64,000 nucleotides of DNA from Pristiophorus japonicus. Its lineage: Eukaryota. A model generated the notes under the pieces. It saw only the letters and a list, made by a program, of their open reading frames with translations. It was not told the DNA's origin and made no database searches. Below are positions 11,536-23,119 of this stretch, in pieces. The stretch spans positions 190,650,001 to 190,714,000 of the forward strand of contig NC_091986.1 in assembly GCF_044704955.1 (NCBI RefSeq), read 5' to 3'. The first letter of the stretch is position 1. Every line of letters starts with the position of its first letter. A program made the translations under genes and the position numbers.

Positions 11536-13039
11536 GAAGGAAGTTTCCTTTTTTTGTGTCGGCTGTGTAAATGTTCCAATCAAAATGAGTTTCGGTGTCC
11601 CAGCATAAAAGTAATTTGTCATCCTTTGACACGAAGTTGGCATTGCTACTCTGAGACCCCAAGGATGGCAGGCTTGGGAAATGGAGATCTCATACTGATA
11701 CAGTAGTGAGGGTTGCTCTCTTAAAGCGGGGGTAAGGCACATTGGGGCACTTTACAGTGAGTGGTATCTCTGATGTGGGAGTGCTCAATACTGAAACTGG
11801 CGGCAAAAAATGGTGAAGTATTGCATTTCACAACACGGACAAACACAACGCTGATCACAAAAAGGAACGATTGATCCAATTCTACAGTACAAACTAAAGC
11901 AAGTTTTAAAATTTCCTTGACCCTCAGAAATATTAAAGTATTATAGGCAATAAGATGTGCACAATATTTGTTATAATCATGTAATTTTTCTCCTTATACA
12001 ATGCTTTCCAGCCTTGCTTCCACACCTGAGCCATTATCGCTTGAATGGAATGTAATATTTACTTGCTCCATGTGCTGCTACAAAATGTGCCTGCATATAA
12101 AAAATACAAATTTACTGTTTTAAAAGTTTAACTTCAAATTTGTGGAAAGTGAAACACTAAAGGCAGTTCAATTGTTTTATGCTATTTTGAGGTCATTTAT
12201 GTGACCTTGGAGCAGTTTTACATAAGAAAACGTAGGTCCTATGATATATCATGAAACTAAGAAGAATGGAGTGAATTGCAAGGCTCTTAACCAGTCGAGA
12301 TAGCATAATAAAATGGGAAAGTGAAATTCAAATAGTTCGTATATGTTCAGTAATGCCACATATTAGATTTATATATTTTGGCTGCCTATAATATACATGA
12401 TTTTTTAACATTTTTTTTTAACTGTTACCGTCTGTGGCTTGGTGCTTTTCCAGTTGCCAGTATTACAAAAGGATTTGTAGTTATATTGGATCCTCTGACA
12501 GACTCTCGACTGTTATCACCTATTTGCCCCAGTACAGTTAGGAAGAACTTCACAATCCAATCATATGTATGTAAATATAGGTGTAAGTGCACAGTTTTCA
12601 ATTTGACTACAATTTTCAGCAAGTAATATGCAAGAACGTTTCCCTACCAGATCAGAACTGGCTATTGAAGAAGACCACTGCAACAATTAACTGAAAGGAT
12701 GTAGTACAATTAAAGTGATATGAAACCACAGAATATTGCAACATTTATTAAACTGGAACCAAAAATAACATTTTGTGCTTCGTTATTTCTGCCACTTTTA
12801 ATTTGTGCTCGCTGACATCTTTTGCCCTGAACACTGCTAACCACGCAGTGAACATGTGGAGCTTTCAACAATTCAATCTAATTGTATGTGGCAGAATATT
12901 GCTAGTAACATGGCTATTTGTGAGGTTGGTTGTTTCTGATTTCTGCATCTGTTTGGCTGTCAAGAATTGTGGATAAAATTCCTTCCCATCCTTTTAGCAC
13001 TGATAAAATTGTTCAAAGAGAGGAGCTATTTTAGCTGCA

Positions 13040-14977
13040 TTGAGATAAAGAAAAAAGGGAAGCTTGTGACCGATTCCAAGAACTCAATACTGAAGAGAGA
13101 TTCTAGAGAAGTATAAGAAGTGCAAGGGTGCAATTAAAAAAGATATCAGGAAAGCAAAGCGAGAGCATGAAAGAATATTGGCAAATAAAATCAGGGAAAC
13201 CCAAAGATGTTTTATAAATACATTAAGAGCAAAAGGATAACTAAAGATTGGGGCCTATTAGAGACCACAAAGGAAATATGTGTGTGGAGGCAGAAGATGT
13301 GGGTATGATTCTTAATGAATACTTTGCATCAGTTTTCACAAAAGAGAGGGGCGATACAGACATTGCAATGAGGGAGGAGGAGTATGAAATATTAGACGAG
13401 ATAAACATTGAGAGAGGAAGTATTAAGGGGTGTAGCAGCTTTGAAAGTGGATAAATCCCCAGGCCCAAATTAAATGTATCCCAGGTTGTTAAGGAAGCAA
13501 AAGAGGAAATAGCAAAGGTTCTGACTGTCATTTTCCAGTCCTTTCTGGCTGCAGGTGTGGTGCCAGAACACTGGAGGACTGCTAATGTTGTTCCTTTATT
13601 TAGAAGGGGATAGACCGAGTAATTACAGGCCAGTCAGCCTAAACTCAGCAGTGGGAAAATTATTGGAAAAAATCCTGAGGGACAGGATAAATCTTCATTT
13701 GGAAAGACACGGATTAATCAAGGGCAATCTGCATGGATTTGTCAAGGGAAGGTCGTGTCTGACTAACTTGATTGAATTTTTCGAGAAGGTAACCAGGAGG
13801 GTTGATGAGGGCAGTACGTATGATGTAGGGTATATGGATTTTAGCAAAGCTTTTGATAAGGTCCCACATGGCATACTGGTCATTAAAGTAATAGCCCATG
13901 GGATCCAGGGCAAAGTGGCAAGTTGGATCCAAAATTGGCTCAGAGGCAGGAAGCAAAGTGTCATGGTTGATGCGTGTTTTTGTGACTGGAAGGTTGTATC
14001 CAGTGGGGTTCCGCAGGGCTCAGTGCTGGATCCCTTTTTGTGGTATGTATTAATGACTTGAACTTAAATGTTGAAGGTATGATTAAGAAATTTGCAGATG
14101 ACACTAAAATAGGCTGTGTGGTTGATGATGAAGAAGAAAGCTGCGGATTGCAGGAAGATATCAAAGTACTGGTCAGGTGGGCGGAACAGTGGCAAATTGA
14201 ATTCAATCCGGATAAGTGTGAGGTAATGCGTTTGGGGAGGTCTAACAAGGCAAGGGAATACACATTAAATGGTATGACACTAAAAATGTCGAAGAACAAA
14301 GGGACCTTGGAGTGCAGGTTCACAGATCCTTAAAGGTAGTAGGCCAGGTAGATAAGCTGGTTAAGAAGGCATATGGAATACTTGCCTTTATTAATCGAGG
14401 CATGGAATACAAGAGCAAGGAGGTTATGCTTGAAATGTATAAAACACTGGTTAGGCCACAGCTGGAGTTCTAGTCACCATATTATAGGAAAGATGTGAGG
14501 AGATTTACAAGGATGTTGTCTGGACTAGAGAATTTTGGTTATGAGGAAAGATTGGAGATGCGAGGTCTGTTTTCTTTGGAACAGAGGAGGCTGAGGGGAG
14601 ATCTGATTGAGGTGTATAAAATTATGAGGGGCCTGGATAGAGTGGATAGGAACGACCTGTTTCCCTTGACAGAGGGGTCAACAACCAGGGGGCACAGATT
14701 TAAAGTAATTGGGGAGAGGGGGAGAGGAGATATGTGGGAAAATGTCTTCACCCAGCGTGTAGTGGAGGTCTGGAACTCACTGCCTGAAAGGGTGGTAGAG
14801 GCAGAAACCTTCACCATATTTAAAAGATACTTGGATATGTACTTAAAGTGCCGTAACCTACAGGGCTACGGACCAAGAGCTGGAAAGTGGGATTAGGCTG
14901 GATAGCTCTTGATCGGCCGGCGTGGACACGATGGACCGAAATGACCTCCTTCTGTGCTGTAAATTTCTATGATTCTA
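13040..14977 (+). mobile_element. CR1 LINE, 5'-truncated and degraded
   Basis: Frameshifted RT pieces (NYRPVSL, DFSKAFDKVPH, GVPQGSVL, KFADDTK, RRLRGDLIEVYK) and ttctatgattcta tail. Confidence 0.9.
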
Positions 14978-15074
14978 AGAGATAACAGTTTATAGGTAAT
15001 GTAGTTTGCAAATCATAATGCTGGTTTTCTTAACTATACTGCATTACATCAGTCAAATAGTTAGAAATGATTTT

Positions 15075-15760
15075 GGTTCCCCACCAGAGGAAATAGTTTA
15101 TATCTACCCCATCAAATCCCCTTATCATTTTAAACACCTCAATTTGATCACCCCTCAACCTTCTAAACTGAAGGAAATACAAGCCAAGTTTATACAATCT
15201 GTGCTCATAAGCGCTGGTATGATTTTAGTGAATCTATGCTGTACTCCTTCCGAGACTTACATATTTTTCCTGAGGTTCGGTGCCTAAAACTGAATGCAGT
15301 ACTCCAGATAGGGTCTGACCAATGCTCTGTACAGCTGAAGCATAACTTCCTCATTTGATTCTGGCCCCTTGGCGATACAGACCAATGTTTCATGAGCCTT
15401 TTTGATTAATTTTTCTACCTAGTGATTCGTGTTCATGAACACGTAAATCCCTTTGCTCCATCACAGCTCCTAGTCACCATTAAGAAAATATTCTGATTTG
15501 TTTTTCTCCGATCCAAAGTAGATTACCTCACACTTTCCCATGTTGAATTCCATCTGCCATAGTTTTGCCCTCTCACTTAGTCTCTCTATGCCTTTTTGTA
15601 ACTTCCTGCTCCTATCTGCACAATTTACTGTGCCTCCTAACTTAGTGCCATCTGAAAACTTAGATGAATAATTAGAAAGTTGTATATCTAAGTCATTAAT
15701 ATATATGGTGAAATGCAGTAACTTCCCCATAATTAATTTTAAACTGACAGGTCTGTAGTT
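15075..15760 (-). mobile_element. Old CR1 LINE fragment
   Basis: NYRPVSL, KFSDGTKLGG and WQMEFNMGKCEVI remnants. Confidence 0.75.
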
Positions 15761-15764
15761 ACCT

Positions 15765-16971
15765 GAGGCTAAATTTTCCACTTTTTTTGCATGCTTAATG
15801 CCCATTTTACCGCTGAAATGATGTTACGCCCATATATCGCCCATTTAACCACAGAATAGAAACTGACAGGCATTTTTCAAAAACTTATTGCCGAGTGTTA
15901 CTTTCCCCATGTGCTTAACGCTGGGAAAAAATAATACTGCCTGCCCATTTTTTTGAGGCGAAATCATCAGAATGGGTGAAATCAACACCCATAATATCGC
16001 TCACCGTTGCTTTCCGCACGGAATTAATGCCGAGATTCAATAATACTGTTTTTTTGTCGTAAAGAGCACATTTGACGAAACTAACGCCCAGGAGATCGCC
16101 CACCATCACTTTCATCACCTCGCACACATATCGCCCACAATATCGCTCGCCCATAAAAAGTGGAACTGTTCTGAAGTTAAGCCAGCGGTGTGGCTGTCAT
16201 TTTTCAAATCACAGGTCACTTCTTTCAAATGACTGCTTTAACTTTTGGTGAGTTTGCAGTTACTCTGGAGTTCTTCTCAGGTGAAGTGACCATCTCAACA
16301 GACATATTTTCAGACTCTGGACTATTGGGGGTTTACTCTAGGTGTATTTTAGTGAGGAAATCATTGCTTCTGATCAATCGCTATTATACTTTCAATGCAA
16401 TGGGGCCAAACATTTTTCAGCCTGCATCGATTAATATGCAGATGCTGCAGAGTACAGATGGCTCAATGTGTGATGCACATTATTATGTCCCCAATTTAAG
16501 ATGTGCAAGAATGAGGAGGTGGGCCAGACCATACACACCCTGCACGTAGAAGGAAAAGAGGTCTTTCCTCAACGTCTCTGACCGCACCTGCTTTCGGAGA
16601 CTACGCTTCCACAAGATGGTGATCAATGAAATATGTGAGCTCATCAGGCCACATATGCAGCCTGCCATCAGGACATCAGTGTCAGTCAAGGTCCAGGTCA
16701 CCGTCTTTCGACACGTCCGGTTCCTTTCGGGCTGACATGGTCGAGATTTGCCCTCTGTCTCACCATGCAATCCATTGCTGCATTACGTCACAGAGGCACC
16801 GTACGCGAGAAGGATGGACTTTATCAGCTTCCCCATGACCATGGAGGCGCAGACTGACAGGGCTGGAGCATTCTCCCGCATTGCTAAGTTCCACAGGGTT
16901 TAGAGAGCTATACAGTGCACTAACGTCGCCATGCGGCCACCTTATCAGGACCCGGAGCGTTTTCGTAACAG
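15765..16971 (+). mobile_element. Harbinger element end with 5' part of transposase pseudogene
   Basis: Terminus GAGGCTAAATTTTCCACTTTT resembles the one at 5738. Remnants SFLNVSDRTCFRRLRFHK and ...VAMRPPYQDPERFRNR are HARBI1-like; truncated by a CR1. Confidence 0.75.
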
Positions 16972-19706
16972 AATAAAAGGAAAAGGGGGTGGGGTAGCAT
17001 TACTGGTTAAAGAGATTAATGCAATAGTTCGGAAGGACATTAGCTTGGATGATGTGGAATCTATATGGGTAGAGCTGCAGAACACCAAAGGGAAAAAAAC
17101 GTTAGTGGGAGTTGTGTACAGACCTCCAAACAGTAGCAGTGATGTTGGGGAGGGCATCAAACAGGAAAGTAAGGATGCATGCAATAAAGGTGCAGCAGTT
17201 ATCATGGGTGACTTTAATTTGCATATAGATTGGGCTAACCAAACTGGAAGCAATACGGTGGAGGAGGATTTCCTGGAGTGCATAAGCGATGGTTTTCTAG
17301 ACCAATATGTTGAAGAACCAACTAGGGGTGAGGCCATCTTAGACTGGGTGTTGTGTAATGAGAGAGGATTAATTAGCAATCTCGTTGTGCGAGGCCCCTT
17401 GGGGAAGAGTGACCATAATATGGTGGAATTCTACATTAGGATGGAGAAGGAAACAGTTAATTCAGAGACCATGGTCCAGAACTTAAAGAAAGGTAACTTT
17501 GAAAGTATGAGGCGTGAATTGGCTAGGATAGGTTGGTGAATGATACTTAAGGGGTTGACAGTGGATGGGAAATGGCAGACATTTAGAGACCGCATGGATG
17601 AACTACAACAATTGTACATCCCTGTCTGGCATAAAAATAAAAAAGGGAAAGTGGCTCAACCGTGGCTATCAAGGGAAACCAGGGATAGTATTAAAGCCAA
17701 GGAAGTGGCATATAAATTGGCTAGAAATAGCAGTGAATTTAGGGACTGGGAGAAATTTAGAACTCAGCAGAGGAGGACAAAGGGTTTGATTAGGGCAGGG
17801 AAAATAGAGTACGAGAGGAAGTTTGCAGGGAACATTAAAACGGACTGCAAAAGCTTCTCTTGATATGTAAAGAGAAAAAGGTTAGTAAAGACAAACGTAG
17901 GTCCCCTGCAGTCAGAATCAGGGGAAGTCATAACGGGGAACAAAGAAATGGCAGACCAATTGAACAAGTACTTTGGTTCGGTATTCACGAAGGAGGACAC
18001 AAACAACGTTCCGGATATAAAAGGGGTCAGAGGGTCTAGTAAGAAGGAGGAACTGAGTGAAATCCTTATTAGTTGGGAAATTGTGTTGGGGAAATTGATG
18101 GGATTGAAGGCCGATAAATCCCCAGGGCCTGATGGTCTGCATCCCAGAGTACTTAAGGAGGTGGCCTTGAAAATAGCGGATGCATTGACAGTCATTTTCC
18201 AACATTCCATAGACTCTGGATCAGTTCCTATGGAATGGAGGGTGGCCAATGTCACCCCACTTTTTAAAACAGGAGGGAGAGAGAAAACAGGGAATTATAG
18301 ACCGGTCAGCCTGATATCGGTGGTGGGTAAAATGATGGAATCAATTATTAAGGATGTCATAGCAGCACATTTGGAAAGAGGTGACATGATAGGTCCAAGT
18401 CAGCATAGATTTGTGAAAGGGAAATCATGCTTGACAAATCTTCTGGAATTTTTTGAGGATGTTTCCAGTAGAGTGGACAAGGGAGAACCAGTTGATGTGG
18501 TGTATTTGGACTTTCAGAAGGCTTTCGACAAGGTCCCACACGAGAGATTAATGTGCAAAGTTAAAGCACATGGGATTTGGGGTAGTGTGCTGACGTGGAT
18601 TGAGAACTGGTTGGCAGACAGGAAGCAAAGAATAGGAGTAAATGGGTACTTTTCAGAATGGCAGCCAGTGACTAGTGGGGTACCGCAAGGTTCTCTGCTG
18701 GGGCCCCAGCTGTTTACATTGTACATTAATGATTTAGACGAGGGGATTAAATGTAGTATCTCCAAATTTGCGGATGACACTAAGTTGGGTGGCAGTGTGA
18801 GCTGCTTGGAGGATGCTATGAGGCTGCAGAGTGACTTGGATAGGTTAGGTGAGTGGGCAAATGCATGGCAGATGAAGTATAATGTGGAAAAATGTGAGGT
18901 TATCCACTTTGGTGGTAAAAACAGAGAGACAGACTATTATCTGAATGGTGACAGATTAGGAAAAGGGGAGGTGCAACAAGACCTGGGTGTCATGGTACAT
19001 CAGTCATTGGAGGTTGGTATGCAGGTACAGCAGGCGGTTAAGAAGGCAAATGGCATGTTGGCCTTCATAGCGAGGGGATTTGAGTACAGGGGCAGGGAGG
19101 TGTTACTACAGTTGTACAGGGCCTTGGTGAGGCCACACCTGGAGTATTGTGTACAGTTTTGGTCTCCTAACTTGAGGAAGGACATTCTTGCTATTGAGGG
19201 AGTGCAGCGAAGGTTCACCAGACTGATTCCCGGGATGGCGGGACTGACATATCAAGAAAGACTGGATCAACTGGGCTTGTATTCACTGGAGTTCAGAAGA
19301 ATGAGAGGGGATCTCATAGAAACGTTTAAAATTCTGACGGGTTTAGACAGGTTAGATGCAGGAAGAATGTTCCCAATATTGGGGAAGTCCAGAACCAGGG
19401 GTCACAGTATAAGGATAAGGGGTAAGCCATTTAGGTCCGAGATGAGGAGAAACTTCTTCACCCAGAGAGTGGTGAACCTGTGGACTTCTCTACCACAGGA
19501 AGTTGTTGAGGCCAATTCACTAAATATATTCCAAAAGGAGTTAGATGTAGTCCTTACTACTAGGGGGATCAAGGGGTATGGCGAGAAAGCAGGAATGGGG
19601 TACTGAAGTTGCATGTTCAGCCATGAACTCATTGAATGGCGGTGCAGGCTTGAAGGGCCAAATGGCCTACTCATGCACCTATTTTCTATGTTTCTATGTT
19701 TCTATG
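16972..19706 (+). mobile_element. Young CR1 LINE (APE endonuclease and RT), ORF2 broken by two stops
   Basis: GGGVALLV, GVVYRPP, MGDFN and SDHN endonuclease motifs; in-frame stops at 17539 and 17863; (TTTCTATG)3 tail. Confidence 0.95.
17948..19606 (+). CDS. CR1 ORF2 reverse transcriptase domain (552 aa open)
   Basis: KSPGPDG, NYRPVSL, LDFQKAFDKV, GVPQGS and KFADDTK motifs. Confidence 0.9.
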   Translation: MADQLNKYFGSVFTKEDTNNVPDIKGVRGSSKKEELSEILISWEIVLGKLMGLKADKSPGPDGLHPRVLKEVALKIADALTVIFQHSIDSGSVPMEWRVANVTPLFKTGGREKTGNYRPVSLISVVGKMMESIIKDVIAAHLERGDMIGPSQHRFVKGKSCLTNLLEFFEDVSSRVDKGEPVDVVYLDFQKAFDKVPHERLMCKVKAHGIWGSVLTWIENWLADRKQRIGVNGYFSEWQPVTSGVPQGSLLGPQLFTLYINDLDEGIKCSISKFADDTKLGGSVSCLEDAMRLQSDLDRLGEWANAWQMKYNVEKCEVIHFGGKNRETDYYLNGDRLGKGEVQQDLGVMVHQSLEVGMQVQQAVKKANGMLAFIARGFEYRGREVLLQLYRALVRPHLEYCVQFWSPNLRKDILAIEGVQRRFTRLIPGMAGLTYQERLDQLGLYSLEFRRMRGDLIETFKILTGLDRLDAGRMFPILGKSRTRGHSIRIRGKPFRSEMRRNFFTQRVVNLWTSLPQEVVEANSLNIFQKELDVVLTTRGIKGYGEKAGMGY

Positions 19707-20484
19707 TGGAAAGAGGGTCAGGTAAAAAACCGAACCGGGGAAAAAGAGGGATACTAGGTAGAAATGGTACATGGCAGGATACGCGGCGGGAGTTGCGACG
19801 GTAAACAGTACAGACCTACACACGATAGATACTCGAGTTAACGCTCTAACACGAACCTTACAGGGATTGCTGGAAGGGATGAGGATAATAAAAAGATACA
19901 GGCACAACTGGGTAATGGCACAGAAAGGGAATTATTACAAGTGGCCCACACATTGCGAGACCATGCCAGAACTATAAATTCGATGAATAGAGCAGAACGA
20001 AACTTAAGTAAAATCATACAGACAGAACTATTATGTACAGGATATGGAGCATGGTTAGTCAATGCAATACAACATAACCTAGAGCAGCTTCAGAATGGAA
20101 AGGTGCCGGATTGGATAACAGTTGATGTATTTACCAACTGGACCTTGGACAAAAACATGACTCATGCCTGCGAGGTGCGGAGAAACAGTTATGCTTGGGT
20201 CCCAAAGGCCAGTTGTGTAACCGGACATTTAAATATAATAGGTTTTGTATTATCTATACTACAGTATGATGTGACAAAGGAAGATCCTCTATACCAATCA
20301 ATGTCGGAGAAGTAAGAAATCAAACTCGCGTGCAGTACCATGACCAACCATAAATGTAACTGAACAACAGTACTCAGAGTCTCGGCATGGATGATTGTTA
20401 TAAAAATAACCAAGTTGCTTTATGTCAAGATCCACTACAAATGATCAAAGATGACTGTGGATATGACCAAGTGGACGGGTGTAC
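19707..20484 (+). pseudogene. Endogenous retrovirus env remnant part 1 (class I fusion, F-like/lokiretrovirus-type)
   Basis: Furin site RGKR (19736-19747), then GILG..MAGYAAGVATVNSTDL, heptad region TRVNALTRTLQGLL, LLCTGYGAWLVNAIQHNLEQLQNGKVPDWI, and Cys cluster DDCYKNNQVALCQDPLQMIKDDCGYDQVDGCT. Frameshifted. Confidence 0.7.
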
Positions 20485-20950
20485 CTATCAAGAAAGACTG
20501 GATCAACTGGGCCTGTATTCACTGGAGTTCAGAAGAATGAGAGGGGACCTCATAGAAACATTAAAAATTCTGACGGGTTTAGACAGGTTAGATGCAGGAA
20601 GAATGTTCCCAATGTTGGGGAAGTCCAGAATCAGGGGTCACAGTCTAAGGATAAGGGGTAAGCCATTTAGGACTGAGATGAGGAGAAACTTCTTCACCCA
20701 GAGAGTGGTGAACCTGTGGAATTCTCTACCACAGAAAGTAGTTGAGGCCAATTCACTAAATATATTCAAAAAGGAGTTGGATGTAGCCGTTACTACTTGG
20801 GGGATCAAGGGGTATGGTGAGAAATCAGGAATAGGGTACTGAAGTTGCATGTTCAGCCATGAACTCATTGAATGGCGGTGCAGGCTAGAAGGGCTGAATG
20901 GCCTATTCCTGCACCTATTTTCAATGTTTCTATGTTTCTATGTTTCTATG
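20485..20950 (+). mobile_element. 5'-truncated CR1 inserted into env
   Basis: Near-identical to 19248-19706; TTTCTATG tail. The env reading resumes after it. Confidence 0.93.
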
Positions 20951-21590
20951 AGTATCACCCCCCTAACACAGAACTACTAAATGATCGCTGTTCCACATGG
21001 AAATGGAGATTGATGTGTGAGCACCAAGGCAACTGAAATGAAGAAAGGAACACCTCATGCACCATTATGGATACTGACTTCTGCTTTACTCCGCTTGACG
21101 AGACAGATATAAACAGGTTTATTATAACCCTTGAACTTAAGGAGGAAAGATTGATGGGACAATAATGGACATTACCTGAGGAGGTTATGTGAAGGCCATC
21201 GGGCTACAAGGAAAACCGATACTCGAACTGAAAGAGGAACAAACTCGACTGAATAGGCCACCATTTGACAACATAGAGGATACCCCAGGCGGGGCAGAAA
21301 TTCGGCAGAATAGAGAAGACCCCAAGTGGAGGAAAGAGAAGAAACAGAGGATACCCCAGGGAGGGCATAATTAGAACACTGAGAAAATGTTGGCTAGAAA
21401 GGACTTATACACGAACTATGCTGGACTAAATGTATTGGTTGTAATGCAAGGGAACTCATCTTGCTAGTATTATCCTGTAAAAAGGTGTGACCGACATAAG
21501 AGGCAGGCCCTAGCCTGTACTATCGTTAAAACATTGAATAATGGGAAATCAGACAGTACAGCAGAAAGGACTTACTTAGTATCACCTTGA
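20951..21590 (+). pseudogene. env remnant part 2 (Cys-rich domain, coiled region, transmembrane segment)
   Basis: SITPLTQNY*MIAVPHGNGD*CVSTK...SCTIMDTDFCFTPL, and hydrophobic LNVLVVMQG/LILLVLSCKK at about 21425-21490. Confidence 0.6.
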
Positions 21591-21720
21591 TGGGAAAGCA
21601 AACAGGTAGATCCTGCAGCTCGGGAAGTAGCCCTACCCAAGCGAAAGGACAACCTTGGAAGCTCACCCGTGAGCATTAATTGGGAAATGGCCTATCTTGG
21701 GCATATAGCCAAGGGCCATT

Positions 21721-21730
21721 AGGGGGGAAT
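21721..21730 (+). other. Polypurine tract
   Basis: AGGGGGGAAT immediately before the TG start of the LTR. Confidence 0.75.
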
Positions 21731-23117
21731 TGTAAGGGATAAATTGTAAGAGTTGCAAATAGGTGGTCAGAATTATGCTGAAGGTAGTGAACTTATCAGT
21801 ATTAGGAGGGTCTGTATAATTGTCTATGTATGTAACACTTGCTTATGTAGGTATAGTACGAATGTATAACGCATTAAACTGAATCTGTAACCTCTGTAAT
21901 ACTTAAACTGCAAAATCAGCAGTTGTTGATCAGAAGTCTCTGAGGAAGAGATAAGGAAGCCAGTTTAGGCATCTATTATACTGTGGCAAAGTGCAAGTCA
22001 TGGAGCAACACCATCATCATCATAGGCAGTCCCTTGGAATCGAGGAGGACTTGCTTCCACTCCCTAAATGAGTTCTCTGGTGGCTGAACAGTCCGATACG
22101 AGAGCCACAGACCCTGTTACAGGTGGGACAGACATTCGTCGAGAGAAGAGGTCAGTGAAGCTAATTTGCCCCGTACTCCTTCCGCTACCTACGCTTAACT
22201 TCTTCATGCTCTTTGCGTTGAGACTCGAAGAGCTCAATGCCCTCCCGGATGGACTTTCTCCACCTCGGGCGGTCTGCGGCCAGAGTCTCCCAGGTGTCAG
22301 TGGTGATGTCGCACTTTATCAGGAAGGCTTTGAGGGTGTCCTTATAACCCTTCCGCTGTCCTCCTTTGGCTCGTTTACCATGAAGGAGCTCTGCATTTGC
22401 TTAGGGAGTCTCGTATCTGGCATGCGTACTATGTGGCCTGCCCAGCGAAGCTGATTGAGTGTGGTCAGTGCTTCAATACTGGGGATATTAGCCTGGTCGA
22501 GGATACTGATGTTGGAGCGCCTGTCCTCCCAGGGGATTTGCAGGATCTTGTGGAGACATCGTTGATGATATATCTCCAGTGACTTGAGGTGCCTTCTATA
22601 CATCGTCCATGCCTCAGATCCAAAAAATGAGGGTGGGTATTACTACAGCCCTGTAGACCATGAGTTTGGTGGTAGATTTGAGGGCCTGGTCTTCAAACAT
22701 ACCATAGAACAACACCATAGAAGATGGGCAATTGCATATGCCACTCAGAGACAATTTGATAAGAGTCGACAAATCAAAGTAACTTCACTGATAGAATTAG
22801 ACCTATCGAGGATTTTGTAGGATGGTGCTCCTCTCCAAAACCTGTATAAATTGTACTTGAAACCTCTCGTATTTCGGAGGTTTTAGGCTGAATCTTTCCA
22901 TGTATTGCTTGTAATAAAACCGGTAAACCTGAGGTTTTGTTTGTTTACTTCTGTGGTCATTATACAGTGGGAAGCTGGGCGAGCTGTCGATTAACTATAT
23001 AAGTTGGTCCACCTTGAGGGAGAGAAGCCTCCTTTTACCCCAACAGACGGGCAGGTGTCGATTAGCGATATCAATTAGTCCACCTTGAAGGAGAGAAGCC
23101 TCTTTTTTACCCCTACA
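21731..23117 (+). mobile_element. ERV 3' LTR, interrupted by an RTE
   Basis: TGTAAGGG...CCCCTACA inverted termini, TATAAA at 22845 and AATAAA at 22913; follows the PPT. Confidence 0.7.
22015..22702 (-). mobile_element. RTE LINE fragment inside the LTR
   Basis: YHQRCLHKILQIPWEDRRSN...QLRWAGHIVRMPDTRLPK and (GAT)n tail. 16-bp TSD catggagcaacaccat (21999-22014) and catagaacaacaccat (22703-22718). Confidence 0.88.
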
Positions 23118-23119
23118 CT

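Noticed and set aside
16931-17539. Transposase-endonuclease fusion ORF
   Set aside because: A few Harbinger codons abut a CR1 APE fragment; upstream is pseudogenised and the ORF ends in a premature stop.
17948-19606. Autonomous active CR1 or host RT gene
   Set aside because: Upstream ORF2 has two stops and ORF1 is missing. The matching ORF at 48346 starts at the same internal Met only because of truncation.
20387-20842. Novel 151-aa Cys-rich/RT fusion protein
   Set aside because: Chance in-frame junction of the env remnant with a truncated CR1 insertion.
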